The translations under genes and the position numbers were made by a program. The notes under the pieces were generated by a model. It had not been told where the DNA came from. It was given only the letters and a program-made list of their open reading frames with translations, and made no database searches. Shown piece after piece: positions 1-13,810 of a stretch of 64,000 bases of DNA. Source of the DNA: Eledone cirrhosa (taxonomy: Eukaryota); NCBI GenBank assembly GCA_964016885.1, contig OZ024740.1, positions 105,586,001 through 105,650,000 on the forward strand, read 5' to 3'. Every line of letters starts with the position of its first letter. The first letter of the stretch is position 1.

Positions 1-118
1 AGAGAAATATTAGGAAAACTACACACACACATCTACAGAGAGAGACAGAAAAACAGGGGGAGGGGAAAATAGAGAGATAGGCCGTTAGACAGAGAGAGAT
101 ACAATTAAAATGTTAGTT

Positions 119-122
<4 letters not shown>

Positions 123-182
<60 letters not shown>
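123..182. repeat. (AG)n microsatellite
   Basis: Pure AG dinucleotide run. Confidence 0.95.
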
Positions 183-186
<4 letters not shown>

Positions 187-581
187 AAGGACAATGTGAC
201 ACCGGAGGGTGTGTGGTAACTTTGCAGTGGAGTGGTGGGGGCAGGTATACCTAGCGGAGTGCCAGCCGGACGGGCCAACTTATTATCTGATAAAACCCAG
301 ACACTGAACTAATCAGTAGTGATCTATGCTAGCACAAATCAATGAGTAACAACCGTAAATTTAAACAAGCTTTTATGCCATGATGAAACAAGAATCCTGA
401 CCATAATTTTCGATCAACTTATCTCGCCTGAAAGAGAACAACTGGCAAATATTTATTCTAGAACTGAGAATGAAGGTTTGGTCCAATAATAATCAAGTAG
501 CTTGGTCATAGACGCAACGTAGCGTCAATCATGAAATGGAAAATGCGGTTTCTAGCATCAATGCGCTAACATGGTGGAATG

Positions 582-586
<5 letters not shown>

Positions 587-640
<54 letters not shown>

Positions 641-800
641 GTATGTATGTATGTATGTATGTATGTATGTATGTATGTATGTATGTATGTATGTATGTGT
701 ATGCATGTATGTATGTGTATGTGTGTTGGTATGTATGTATGTACGCACGTATGTGTGTTTATATGTGTGTATGTATGTATATATGTATGTATGTATGTAT
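587..800. repeat. (ATGT)n tetranucleotide microsatellite, degenerating 3'
   Basis: Visible tandem ATGT; explains the ORFs at 529-978. Confidence 0.95.
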
Positions 801-804
801 GCAT

Positions 805-1410
805 GTCAGGTCACCAGTTGGTGCTACTGGTAACATGTATCCCAGTACAACCTGTCCCATGGTCGGGTCGTTGGCGACTAAACTGGTAACCCCACCAAGG
901 TTTCCTGGTGAGGAGGGTGACTTTGGACATCCTGCAGGACTAAAAACAAAACCTGTCAAAGAGCAAAGGAGCTCTTAAGAGTCAATCGCCATCCAAAATC
1001 ACCGGGAGAAATTACCCCTTAGCCTTTGTCAAAGCAGAATTCTAGGAGAAGGAAAACTATGATATAACATCTGCAACTCTGATGGTATCCAATTATGTTG
1101 ACTTGTTCTTCGTTTTGGTAAATATCATCTTGGTTAAGAGAGTGGGACTGGCTTTGTGCAGTGCCTTTACTCACTATAAAAGCTTCACGGCACAGGCATT
1201 GCTTTATATCTGGAGATCTCTCTGCACTTGTCGTCACATGGTACGACGGGCTCAGCACTGTGTCAATAATTGTCACAAGTGTAGTGCTTGTACCAGAGTT
1301 TTCAAGTCACTGGCTGGACTAAAAAGTCACACTCGTCAGCGCATCGGTAGGCGTTCTCCTACATGGATATAAAGTAGTGGCCGTACTCGAAAACGAGTTG
1401 GCAGCCACCA
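805..1410 (+). mobile_element. Non-autonomous bipartite RTE-derived element (5' UTR-like part plus 3' end with C2H2 remnant)
   Basis: The 3' part encodes HKCSACTRVFKSLAGLKSHTR (RTE-type C-terminal zinc finger) and ends in an ATGT tail. The 5' part recurs on the minus strand at about 22810-23000. Confidence 0.6.
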
Positions 1411-2261
1411 TGTATGTATGTATGTGTGTGTGTTGGTATGTATGTACGCACGTATGTGTTTGTATGTGTGTATGTATGTATGCAGGTACTTATGTGTTTG
1501 TATATATGTGTGTATGTATGTATGAGTATATGTGTGCATGCATGTGTGTGTGTATATGTATATATGTATATATGTATATAAGTATGTGTGTGTATGTATG
1601 TATAAATGAATTATGTATTATGTATGTGTGCATGTGTGTATATGTATGTGTATGTATGTGCATATGTGTATGCATGTATGTATGTGTATATCCAAGTATG
1701 CCCGTCTATGTGTGTCCGTCTGTTTATTTTAAAACAAATTAAAACCACCATTGTTTTTACGTTGTGTTCTTTTACGTTTAAAGGGCCGGTAACTAAGCGT
1801 TCCAATAAAGAACGACCGATAAAATGAGTATTACCATTTGATAAACTGATTAGTAACCTTGATTAAAGTAGTGCTTGAGTAGGACGGTCGCAATCCAACG
1901 TCTGGAAGCAATAACAGGAGTACACGTCCTTGAAAGAGTTACAGTTCATTTTCTAATCACCTGATACTTGGTGTAAAACAAACAGAAATAACAAACAAAC
2001 AAACAAACATGCAAATAAATGCCTCAATAAAAATTATCAATCCAGATAACTCAGACATGACCACACCAGATGGTGTACTATTCATATTGTTATTATTCTA
2101 ATATTCCTGTCTGAAACCATTGAAAAATGTTAGAAACCATTATTATAATTGCATTCTAGTTGGAAAACCAAATTGTATGATATACTGCAACTAAGTAGAC
2201 AGCACTCATAGACTGTCTTCAACGTGGAAATGTTCTGGAAACTTGCACATAGTTACTTTAA

Positions 2262-3125
<864 letters not shown>

Positions 3126-4129
3126 TATCGTGTTTAACAGATAAGAATATAAGCTCATCTGTTCTGTTCACACATTGGTTCTTTATAGCAGTTGTAAGAA
3201 ACAATAGCTTGGGTTTATTTCTTCCCTTCTTCGAGAAACAAGTCGGTTTGAATCTTTTTAGACGTGTCATTATTTTCTGTTGTACAAGATGATGCTTGAC
3301 ACATAGTTCTCATGAATTACACACATACTCTCTCTCACTCTTTTTTTATTTTTCCTCGCCTTCTCTCTCTCTCTTTCTAATATTATATTATACTATATCA
3401 TACCATATACTTATGCTGGCAGATACATGCATATATGTATGTGCATCACAACACACATACGTTCAGACACACATAGATAAAAAAAAGCATACACACACAC
3501 ACATATGCAAACACACATACACACATGCATACGTACGCGCACACATACAGAAACAGAGGCACACACATGTAAGTAGTCATAGGGTGATGTACATGCTTGT
3601 ACACAAATATGAGTGTAGGTCCATATGGAAATACACATTTATATTTGCATATGTACAGCCATGTACACGTAAACTTATATACAATTCTGAAGAGCTGCAG
3701 CGTGTGGGTTGTGTAATCAGAGAGAGAGAGGGGGGGGTGTCCTCTCTCCTCCAGCTAGAGGATCTGTGGATTTTTTTTTACTACATATACATTAGCAGGA
3801 TTGCACGTTATTCTACATGAAGGTAGTCCCTAGTGAGATGGCTGAGAACCAGGCTGAGGGACATAAAAAGACACGGCACAGAAGCAGCAGGTGGACAAAG
3901 GCAGTTATTGTTTACTTGACAGCACATCTATGAGAAATATTGTCAAATAGAACAAAAATATATATTAAACTAAACACGTTTTTTATTGTCAAATAATATC
4001 TTATTCAATCATCAGTATTTTATATTTTTCACTTGAAATTACTTGTCATTTTAAATTTTGTCAGCAAATTCTAAGCAACTTGGTGCGAAGTATATTTTAG
4101 TGATCAGAAGGCCACTGGCTGTAGCTTCT

Positions 4130-4860
4130 ACCTCATTGCCACTCTAAAATGATCATACATTATTTATTACAGAAAACACTCGTTCAACTGGTGCAGGATT
4201 ACCAAGAAGGATGTATTGGACTACAGCGCTAAGATATAGTTTATTAATGTGCCTTTCTTTGCAATTAATCATTCCAGAATTTAACCACATTTAGTCTTCC
4301 AACTGTTCAAAGTTCTCTTTCCAAAGGTCTAGGTATAAGACATATTTTATAAAATCTTTCTTTACGTTTTCAATACTTTCACCATCTTCAAATTTTCTCA
4401 GCAAGGCTCTCGCATCTTGAAGCTGTTCCATATTTGCAATCATATTTTGCATTTCTAGTTTGATATCTATTGTGTTGGAAGTGTCCTCATGGCCAGCATC
4501 GATTTATTGAAAAGCCTAAGCTATCCATGGATAAACCATTAATACTTTTTTCAAAGAATTGTTTTATCAGTCCAAGGTAATGTTCTTGGGAACGAAAGTA
4601 GGATTTCTAGCCAGCAAAAATCTTAAGAATTCTTTCAAGCGCTAGTAGCATTGACAAAGATCTGGTGTTGCCACTCTGTAATAGCTTTCTGTATTCCAGC
4701 CCGACGATATGTATTATAGTTGTTCGTAAAGAAAACAAAAGCTGTATATACTGTGTAACTCATGATATCTATAAAATTGAGTTGTTGTTTAGTTGTTGCT
4801 AAATGAGATTCATAACTGTTCAATCGAAACTATCTTTAGCTGGTGGTGAGAATTGCTCGA
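4130..4860 (-). pseudogene. Degenerate hAT-family transposase fragment
   Basis: Manual minus-strand translation gives GNTRSLSMLLALERILKIFAG*KSYFRSQE..IKQFFE (about 4550-4670) and LLGNPAPVERVFSVINNV*S (hAT dimerisation motif, about 4150-4210), with stops and frameshifts. Confidence 0.7.
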
Positions 4861-5270
4861 ATGAAAACTTATTTAATTTACTGGTCATGTGCCTGTCTGT
4901 GGGTCTGCTGAAAGGTGAAGACCCGCAGAGGAAATGCACAGAGAACTCAATTAAATCAATCTCAATACTGAATTGAAGATTTATGTTATTGACCTCAAAG
5001 ATAAAGTTAAATCCAGCGTGATTTAAATTAAGAACCTAAAGAACCTATACAACACTATATAATCTGCTAAATCATCACCTTGTTTGACAAACTTAGCACA
5101 AAACAAGAGATTAATAGATACAAATAAACGGGCGTTTATCTCTGCATATATTGTCAATAATTGTTTACTATTTAATCAGGGGGTGGGGAAAGGCAGTAAC
5201 AGGTCGATACACAATAAATATCATATACATGTAAACGAAACTTCTTCGTTTTTTCTAATATATATATATA

Positions 5271-5486
5271 TATTATCAAGAAAACGAAAAATCAGTGATG
5301 CATTTGGACTTAGTTTATTCGTGTTACAAATGTTTCGCCGGCATGTAGCTCGAGTCACGAAATAAACTAAGTCCAGATGCATCACTGATTTTTCGTTTTC
5401 TTGATAATATCTACACTCTACTCTGATGAATATCGAGTGCTATTTTGGCATACCGCCTACGGAAGCACCATAGCTACCACTATACG

Positions 5487-5490
<4 letters not shown>
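5271..5490 (+). mobile_element. Penelope-like fold-back stub in (TA)n
   Basis: About 50-bp inverted repeat (5271-5322 / 5357-5410). The minus arm carries an HHR 3' half GAAACATTTGTA followed by AATAAA. TACACTC...GAGTGC follows the repeat. Confidence 0.55.
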
Positions 5491-5527
<37 letters not shown>

Positions 5528-5869
5528 GATAACAAGTTATCGTTATAGGTAATCCAGTTAGAGGTTGTGAGTACTCTGCGTCGTGGATAGTTTTAACGTA
5601 CGGCTTTGTTTGACTCAACAAGATGTTTCCATAATTAGGCAGCGAGTTAGCGGCTTCTAGACTCACCTGATGAATGAAACAATTGTTAATATCTGAAATA
5701 AAGCTCCTTGTTGTACAGACAACCATATTACTCTTCATTCTTTCACTATATATATAATTATTTTGTTTGGCCTGTTTGGTCTTTATTTGGTCCATGGAGC
5801 ACTTGCCAGCATAACTCGGATATTGCGTTTCGCTTTGTTTTCGACCACAGCCGAAATCCGATCTCGCTG

Positions 5870-5909
<40 letters not shown>

Positions 5910-6446
5910 ATACATTTTTTATTATTCTATCAAAATACATTATATTTCACGGAACCCCAGATTTGCTTTGGAAGAACCCCGCTCGCTTTGGAAGAACTTT
6001 GCGTAGAGGATGTTTCGCTAGTTTTTAAAAATATTACTAGCTAAAGGGATAAGTTATTTTAGCAACTATTTCGAGGATTCAACATAGTTCAACAAAGCTT
6101 CAGGTGTATAGTTGTGATTCGGGAAAGACCATTTCATTTTACATCGAATCTCTTCACCTTGCCTCTCAGATCAAATGCCACATCATCTGGGAATGCTATT
6201 TCAAACAGACTGGCAGATTTGTCACTTTGTTTAATGATCGAGTCTGTTGCTGGTTAAATACATTTAGGTTAGAAAGTAAGTCAGTGCTGATGAGGGAGAC
6301 AGAATCTAATTCGAGTTTTTATATTTACTGTATGGAACCATTCTAACGCTGAAAGTAAAGAGTGGTGAATAAACGAACGACACAGAATGGTGACAGTTTC
6401 ATTGTGTTCATGGGTCTGGTTATGTAATTCTTCGTTCTGAGTTCAG

Positions 6447-6465
6447 ATCATCATCATCATCATCC

Positions 6466-6543
<78 letters not shown>
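6447..6543. repeat. (CAT)n + (TAA)n microsatellite
   Basis: Direct reading. Confidence 0.9.
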
Positions 6544-7877
6544 TCATCGTCATCCTTGTCACTGCAAACAAAAGGGAAAACCAAATTTAATCTTGGTGGG
6601 AATTGAACTCCGAATGTAAAGAGCCGGAGCAATTACGGACACTTTAACTACTCGACATTTTACCGCTTATAAAGATAGAGACCTTGAGTGTCATGTAACA
6701 CAACATCAACTACAGCAACAACAACTATGGAAGTCACTTTTATTTGAAATATCTATTTACGTACTTTCGTTCTCAAAATATTTTCAATCCGTTATAAATA
6801 GTTGAATTGTAAATTTCTTTTCTCATTAACGTTTAAAGTTCATGCAGTATTTCTTGATTACATTTTAATGATTTTCATTTAATACGCTTTAAATACATTT
6901 TCACCTGCTTATCTCCACATCAATTTTCTTAAAATAGATTACTTTCATTCGCTGCTATGATTGGTAAGGATACCTAACCTCGAAACCCCTCCTTTCTCCC
7001 CAAACCATGATAAACAGCGGGAGAGACGGAAGCAGTGACAGTAGGAGTTTGGTTTGTTTGTCTTCGGACCTGGTGTATATGTATATACCTATTTACTGCA
7101 CCACATGTTGCATACCAATGAATAATAATCGTAATAACTATGGCTTTCAATTTAGGCACAAGGCCAACAAAATTTGAGGAGGTGGAAAATCGATTTAAAT
7201 CGACCCTGGTATTTCATTGGTATATTATTCTATTGGAAGAACGAAAGAGCATAGTTAGCTTCCATAGTATATAAGCGAAATTACAGAGAGCCGGCGTAAA
7301 CACAGCGTGGCATTTCACCCAACTCTTTAACGACTCTGCTAATAAATTAGCGGGAGTATATGTAGCACTGATGGAATAAGTGCAGTGCATGGGGTGGTAG
7401 ACTTAATCTGTTGCTCAATTTATCACCACCACATCGGCATGAGTGACATTAAAAGAGTCCCCGCTGTCGAAAGCGTCTGAACCAAGGCTCCGGCTTCAGC
7501 ACAGCTTATTCCTTTCTTTCTATCAATCTCGAAAGCCATGGAAAGGGCAATGTGTGCTCTTCCCACCCCATACCAATACATAATAAAAAATAACCAGAAC
7601 TTGAAATCAGAACCCGCTCCATGAATCGGCTTACCAGGCCGTCTTTGTTTACAACAAAGAGAGTGTTCAGAAGATTTGGTTAAGACTAGAACGAGAATAT
7701 GTATAAACTATATAATGTAAACGGAACGAATTAAATTATAAAATACGAACTTGTATAATTTTATATGTAAGTATGTATATACATACATAATTACACACAC
7801 ACACACACACACACACATACATATATATATATACTGTATATATATATATATATACAGTATATATATATATATATATA

Positions 7878-9799
7878 CATGAGAATAGCTGAAGAGAGGT
7901 GGGCCATTGAGAAAATCAAACTCAACCCGAAAGTGTTCTTTTCCTTTGCTAAAAAACACAAAGTCACCGTCTCCACTGTTGGCCCCCTAGTTGATGAAAA
8001 TGACACACTCCAGGACAATGCCAAAACCCTGGGCGAGATACTGCAGAAACAATACTGCTCTGTTTTCAGCAATCCTGATATGGCCTATCTGGGCTGTATC
8101 AGTGATGTTAACCCCCAACAGACTATATCAGACATAACGTTTGGCGCCCCTGATATCTTAGCGGCAATAAACGAAATTAAACACGATTCAGCAGTAGGCC
8201 CTGACAGGTTCCCTGCTTGTGTCCTGAAGGTGTGTCGACACAAACTTGCATCTCCTCTTGCTAATCTGTGGAGGAACTCACTGGACACTGGCTATATTCC
8301 TGAAAACTTTCTGTCCCAGTCTCCAAAAAGGGAAATAAGTCTCTTGCAGTGAACTACCGTCCAAGCTCACTCACCTCTCATATTATCAAGGTATTTGAGA
8401 GGGTGGTGAGATCTTGAATAACCCACTTTCTTGAAAGCAACGGGCTGCTGAACTCCAACCAACATGGGTTCCGTAATGGAAGGGACTGCCTAACGCAGCT
8501 CCTGCATCACTTTGACAATGTTTTGAGAGCCTTGCGAGAGGGCTCCAACACTGATGTCATCTACCTTGACTTCATCAAGGCCTTCGACAGGGTTGATCAT
8601 AAGATTCTACTGAAAAAACTATCCAATGTTGGTGTCTCTGGAAGGTTACTACAGTGGATCAAATGTTTCCTGACAGGCAGAATCCAGCATGTTGTAGTCG
8701 AAGGAGTAAAATCAAGCCCTGCCAAAGTCAGCAGTGGCGTCCCACAAGGCACTGTGTTGGGCCCACTTCTTTTCATCATCTACATTAATGACATTACTGA
8801 CATCTTCAAGCACAGCAACATCAGAAACTTCGCAGATGATTCCAAGCTCCAAAGGGTCATCAATGAGGTGGGTGACCGGACTTGCCTTTAGTCAGACCAA
8901 CTGGCTGGTATCCAATGGGCAGAAATGAATAATAAGCTGTTGAATGATTATAAATTTGAATTAATCCACTTTGAAAAAAAGGATGCCCTGAAACTACCAT
9001 ACTCTCTTTCTTCGGGTGAAACTCTAGTGGCATCCAATAACATCAGAGACCTGGGAGTAATTGTGGACAACAACATAAGCTGGGCCTCTCATATAAACAG
9101 CAAAGTTGATATGGCCTCAGAATGTGTTCCTAGATTCTTAGAACTTTCCAGTCTAGAGATATCCACACTGTTATCCTTCTCTTCTCCACTTTTGCCCGAC
9201 CCCACCTTGAATACTGTTGTCCACTGTGATCACCCCACACAAAACAAAGTATTATGAAAGTTGAAGCACCCCAAAGGTCAATTCAAAAAAGATAGATAGC
9301 ATGACAGGCCTTGACTATTGGAGTCGATTAGAAAAGCATAAACTTTATTCTCTCCAACGTCGCCGTGAACGCTACATTATCTGTATGATGTGGAAAATAT
9401 TCCATCAGCTTTTCCCAAATGATGTGGGCATCACCTTTAGTGTACACTCATGGCTTGAGCCCCGTGCTAGCTGCCCACGACAAAAATCTCACTCGCATCA
9501 CATAACAACAATACGGCACAATTATTTCACCTCAATTGGCCCTGCACTCTTTAACATTACACCAAGACACATCAAAGCAGAGACAGACCGCATCAAGTTC
9601 AAGAAGTCTTTGGATAAATTCCTTCAAGAAATCCCGGATAAGCCTCCTACAACCGGATATGCCTCCGTAAACAATAAGTCTCTGCTCGAGTGGGCCATGG
9701 TGCCCAAACACTGATTTGTAAGACTTCGCCAGGTGGTGCTAATAAGTTAGACATGGCCTGGGCCAATAGTGGCCAAAACCTATCAAAGTTATCAAAGTT
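7878..9799 (+). mobile_element. 5'-truncated CR1/L2-group LINE, RT ORF2 remnant
   Basis: ORF pieces carry GPD, QHGFR, VIYLDFIKAFDRVDH, SSGVPQGTVLGPLLFIIYINDI, FADDSKL, RDLGV and LYSLQRRRERY. Frameshifted, with tail (TATCAAAGT)x2, flanked by (TA)n. Confidence 0.92.
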
Positions 9800-9801
9800 G
9801 T

Positions 9802-9834
<33 letters not shown>

Positions 9835-10087
9835 AATGAGAGGTATAGAGATTGTTTTAGCGAGAAGCTAACAGCATTCTATAACATATATGCGACTATA
9901 ACGTCAAGATGGGAAAAGTAGTTAACGTAAGATTTAGGAAAAATAATTTAAACTCATCTCAAAAGAGAATCAGGATACAAATTCATCCACAGAATTTAGT
10001 GCAATCCAGGGAAAATTCAATAGACCTTTAACTCATGATAAAATAAAGTTCAAAACACTTATCCTTCAATTTGGAATAACATCAAAT

Positions 10088-10168
10088 GCTCTGTATAGTC
10101 TTAAAAGACTATTTCATGAAAACTTTCAGTGGAGATGGTCACGGTTGGATTTCATTCATCAGCAGAGC
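10088..10168 (-). ncRNA. Type I hammerhead ribozyme (family A, complete)
   Basis: GCUCUG-CUGAUGA-AUGAAA..UUUCAU-GAAA-UAGUCU UUUA AGACUA-UA-CAGAGC. Confidence 0.85.
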
Positions 10169-10715
10169 TCAGCCGAAAACCAGGGCTCTCACAGTATTAT
10201 AATCCGAAAAAGGGAATTCTAAAACTGGCTAGTTCGCCAACATGTGTAGTTATGAAAAAGCACATGGGGAAAAACGGGCTAGTGACGTTAGGATGTAAGT
10301 GAATGTTTATTTACAAGAAATAGCAGTCAAATACATTCTGAAAAAAACTCTACAAAAGGAGTTCAGCAAAAATAGCAATAATTATCACAGTTTTATGAAA
10401 GAAACCGGGATTAGTCACAGATAGTTTAAGCACTCTAGGAAAAGAATCCGAGTATAAATATAAATGAGAGGTATAGAGATTGTTTTAGCGAGAAGCTAAC
10501 AGCATTCTATAACATATATGCGACTATAACGTCAAGATGGGAAAAGTAGTTAACGTAAGATTTAGGAAAAATAATTTAAACTCATCTCAAAAGAGAATCA
10601 GGATACAAATTCATCCACAGAATTTAGTGCAATCCAGGGAAAATTCAATAGACCTTTAACTCATGATAATATAAAGTTCAAAACACTTATCCTTCAATTT
10701 GGAATAACATCAAAT

Positions 10716-10796
10716 GCTCTGTATAGTCTTAAAAGACTATTTCATGAAAACTTTCAGTGGAGATGGTCACGGTTGGATTTCATTCATCAGCAGAGC
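10716..10796 (-). ncRNA. Type I hammerhead ribozyme (family A, complete)
   Basis: Same motif, 628 bp from the previous copy. Confidence 0.85.
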
Positions 10797-10865
10797 TCAG
10801 CCGAAAACCAGGGCTCTCACAGTATTATAATCCGAAAAAGGGAATTCTAAAACTGGCTAGTTCGC

Positions 10866-10904
<39 letters not shown>

Positions 10905-11147
10905 CACACACACACAAATGTATATATATGTATATACATATATATATATATATATACATGTATATATATATATATATATATCAACTAGAAATTGCTTGAC
11001 ATATATATATATAAAATAAATATATGAAACAATCACAGGGAATAATTTGTAAATAGTTGATATAAAATGCTCGGATCTATTCATTGGAATCTTGGAGCAT
11101 ATTCTACAGTGGATATGGCGCATGTATCTCTGACATGACACCCTTAA

Positions 11148-11199
<52 letters not shown>

Positions 11200-11237
11200 A
11201 TATTAACACATGGAAACTATATTTATAAAACCATATT

Positions 11238-11303
11238 TATTTCATTATACATATTTCAAGGGCCACCAGAGCAAACTATGGTGCGCTTTCATCAGATAAA
11301 ATA
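11238..11303 (-). ncRNA. Minimal type I hammerhead (family B)
   Basis: UAUUUUAU-CUGAUGA-stem II-GAAA-UAUGUA-UA-AUGAAAUA. Confidence 0.65.
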
Positions 11304-11489
11304 TAATATAGGCTAGTTTTATAAATAAATATTGACATACCCTTAAAAAATGCAACCATTTGGAATCTCATGGTTTGAAACTCCATGTGTTAATATATTG
11401 TATATTTACTCCAATAATTTGTTGAGTGCTTTATATCATTTATAAAAATATTTTGCTTGTTGTATCCCAACAAATTAAATATAACCTCT

Positions 11490-11583
<94 letters not shown>

Positions 11584-11637
11584 ACAAAGTTAAACACCTC
11601 AACAACATGTGTACTCGTCTCTACCACACTAATTCGG

Positions 11638-11692
11638 ATTGCCTGAAGAAGTCACAGCCAAAAATGGCTGTCACCGAAATATATATAGCAGT
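11638..11692 (+). ncRNA. Minimal type I hammerhead (family C) in solo pLTR fragment 11581-11745
   Basis: AUUGC-CUGAAGA-..ACAGCCA/UGGCUGU..-GAAA-UAUAUA-UA-GCAGU followed by AATAAA. Confidence 0.75.
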
Positions 11693-11786
11693 AATAAAGA
11701 GAGCCAAATTTTAAACATTTGACTTATTTATTTTATTTTATTTTATATATATATATATATATATACTGACCCTCCATCTCAATCTA

Positions 11787-11822
11787 CTTTTGAAAAGCAG
11801 AAGAACTGCGAAACCGGTAAAG
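11787..11822 (+). ncRNA. Degenerate minimal hammerhead (family D)
   Basis: CUU-UUGAAAA (mutated core)-GCAG/CUGC-GAAA-CCGG-UA-AAG; AATAAA downstream. Confidence 0.4.
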
Positions 11823-11954
11823 GAACCAAATAAATATATATATATTTTTTTTAAATAATACTCCAGTTGCATTTTCGATTTCATCTCTTTTTCTTTATAC
11901 TTTCACTCGTGTAGGACACCTCGGTTATTTTTAAATTTGTAAAAAAAACCTCAC

Positions 11955-12024
<70 letters not shown>

Positions 12025-12071
12025 AATGAATAATAACAGGTAGACATCATAAAAAGGTAATTTATTCTGTG

Positions 12072-12183
12072 TGCTTACAAATGTTTCCACGGTGGTTATA
12101 CAGCCTACTTATGCCATGTGCAAATCTATAACTATTTGCAAAACTCAATTATCAAATGCTGTGACCACTGTATCATCAGAGCA
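12072..12183 (-). ncRNA. Type I hammerhead with long branched stem II (family E), in fold-back 12020-12312
   Basis: UGCU-CUGAUGA-UACAGUGGU/ACCACCGUG plus ACAGC/GCUGU and inner hairpin UGCAAAU/AUUUGCA-GAAA-C AUUU G-UA-AGCA; then AATAAA. Confidence 0.7.
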
Positions 12184-12490
12184 GAATGGTTAAAATGTGT
12201 TATAAATTTGCACATAGCATAACTAGGCTGTATAACCACCGTGGAAACATTTGTAAGCACGCAGAATAAATTACCTTTTTATGATGTCTACCTGTTATTA
12301 TTCATTCTTTATCTACACTCCGGAATACAGAAGGATCAGGAACTAAGTTTCTTCCATAACTCGTTGAGTAACCTCTCACCGTACGTCAACTCTATCCAGT
12401 ATAGTAATTAACCATTACTGTATCTAGGATAATCCAACACCTATTATATATAACGGATTATACTACTGTGAGAGCCCTGGTTTCTGTTGA

Positions 12491-12571
12491 GCTCTGCTGA
12501 TGAATGAAATCCAACCGTGACCATCTCCACTGAAAGTTTTCATGAAATAGTCTTTTAAGACTATACAGAGC
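12491..12571 (+). ncRNA. Type I hammerhead ribozyme (family A, complete)
   Basis: Stem I GCTCTG 12491-96 / CAGAGC 12566-71; CTGATGA 12497-503; stem II ATGAAA/TTTCAT; GAAA 12544-47; stem III TAGTCT/AGACTA; AUA cleavage after 12565. Confidence 0.88.
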
Positions 12572-13118
12572 ATTTGATGTTATTCCAAATTGAAGGATAA
12601 GTGTTTCAAACTGTATTTTATCATGAGTTAAAGGTCTATAGATTTTTCCCTGGATTTTACTAAATTCTGTGGATGAATTTATATCCTGATTCTCTTTTGA
12701 GATGAGTTTGAGTTATTTTTCCTAAATCTTTCGTTAACTACTTTTCCCATCTTGACGTTATAGTCGCATATATGTTATAGAATGCCGTTAGCTTCTTGCT
12801 AAAACAATCTCTATACCTCTCATTTATATTTATACTCGGATTCTTTTCCTAGAGTGCTTAAACTATCTGTGACTAATCCCGGTTTTTTTCATAAAAACTG
12901 TGATAATTATTGCTATTTTGCTGAACTCCTTTGTAGAGTTTTTTTCAGAATGTATTTGACTGCTATTTCTTGTAAATAAACATTCACTTCCATCCTGACG
13001 TCACTAGCCCCGTTTTTTCCTCATGTGCTTTTTCATAAATACACATGAAGGCGAACTAGCCAGTTTTAGAATTCCCTTTTTCGGATTATACTACTGTGAG
13101 AGCCCTGGTTTCTGTTGA

Positions 13119-13199
13119 GCTCTGCTGATGAATGAAATCCAACCGTGACCATCTCCACTGAAAGTTTTCATGAAATAGTCTTTTAAGACTATACAGAGC
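13119..13199 (+). ncRNA. Type I hammerhead ribozyme (family A, complete)
   Basis: Same motif as 12491-12571; predicted cleavage after 13193. Confidence 0.88.
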
Positions 13200-13449
13200 A
13201 TTTGATGTTATTCCAAATTGAAGGATAAGTGTTTCAAACTGTATTTTATCATGAGTTAAAGGTCTATAGATTTTTCCCTGGATTTTACTAAATTCTGTGG
13301 ATGAATTTATATCCTGATTCTCTTTTGAGATGAGTTTGAGTTATTTTTCCTAAATCTTTCGTTAACTACTTTTCCCATCTTGACGTTATAGTCGCATATA
13401 TGTTATAGAATGCCGTTAGCTTCTTGCTAAAACAATCTCTATACCTCTC

Positions 13450-13498
<49 letters not shown>

Positions 13499-13621
13499 AG
13501 AGTATTGAAGTTTGCTTGAAGCATTGTGGAATAATAAGTAAATATCTTTAAGTCGTTTGGAAGCCTCGACAATGCAAATGGGTAAATCTCCGGGTAACAA
13601 GATCCGGGTAACAGAAAATAA

Positions 13622-13810
13622 ATAATTGTTTCTACTTTAGGCACAAGGCCAGCAATTACCCAGTGCATTACTGGTACTTTATTTTATCGACCCCGTAAGG
13701 ATGAAAGGCAAAGTCAACCTCGGCGGGATTTGAACTCAGATCGTAAAGGGACGTAACTACGCTGGAAAGCATGGTGTCCGACCCTCCACCGATACTGCCA
13801 ATCCACCGAC
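13622..13810 (-). mobile_element. tRNA-derived SINE (major family, Deu/Nin-like central domain)
   Basis: Reverse complement has A-box TGGCAGTATCGG, B-box GAGTTCAAATCC, GCCTTTCATCCTTACGGGGTCGATAAA and an AACAATTATT tail. Confidence 0.88.

Larger units (their letters stand above)
9833..10870 (-). repeat. 628-bp tandem unit (about 1.65 copies) with one hammerhead per unit
   Basis: TAAATGAGAGG recurs at 9833 and 10461; reverse complement of the array at 12454-13455. Confidence 0.9.
12454..13455 (+). repeat. 628-bp tandem unit (about 1.6 copies) with one hammerhead per unit
   Basis: CGGATTATA at 12454 and 13082; ends at (TA)n. Confidence 0.9.

Noticed and set aside
5668-5692. CTGATGA-AT-GAAA-CAATTG-TT
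   Set aside because: No stem II or stem I; at most a deleted remnant.
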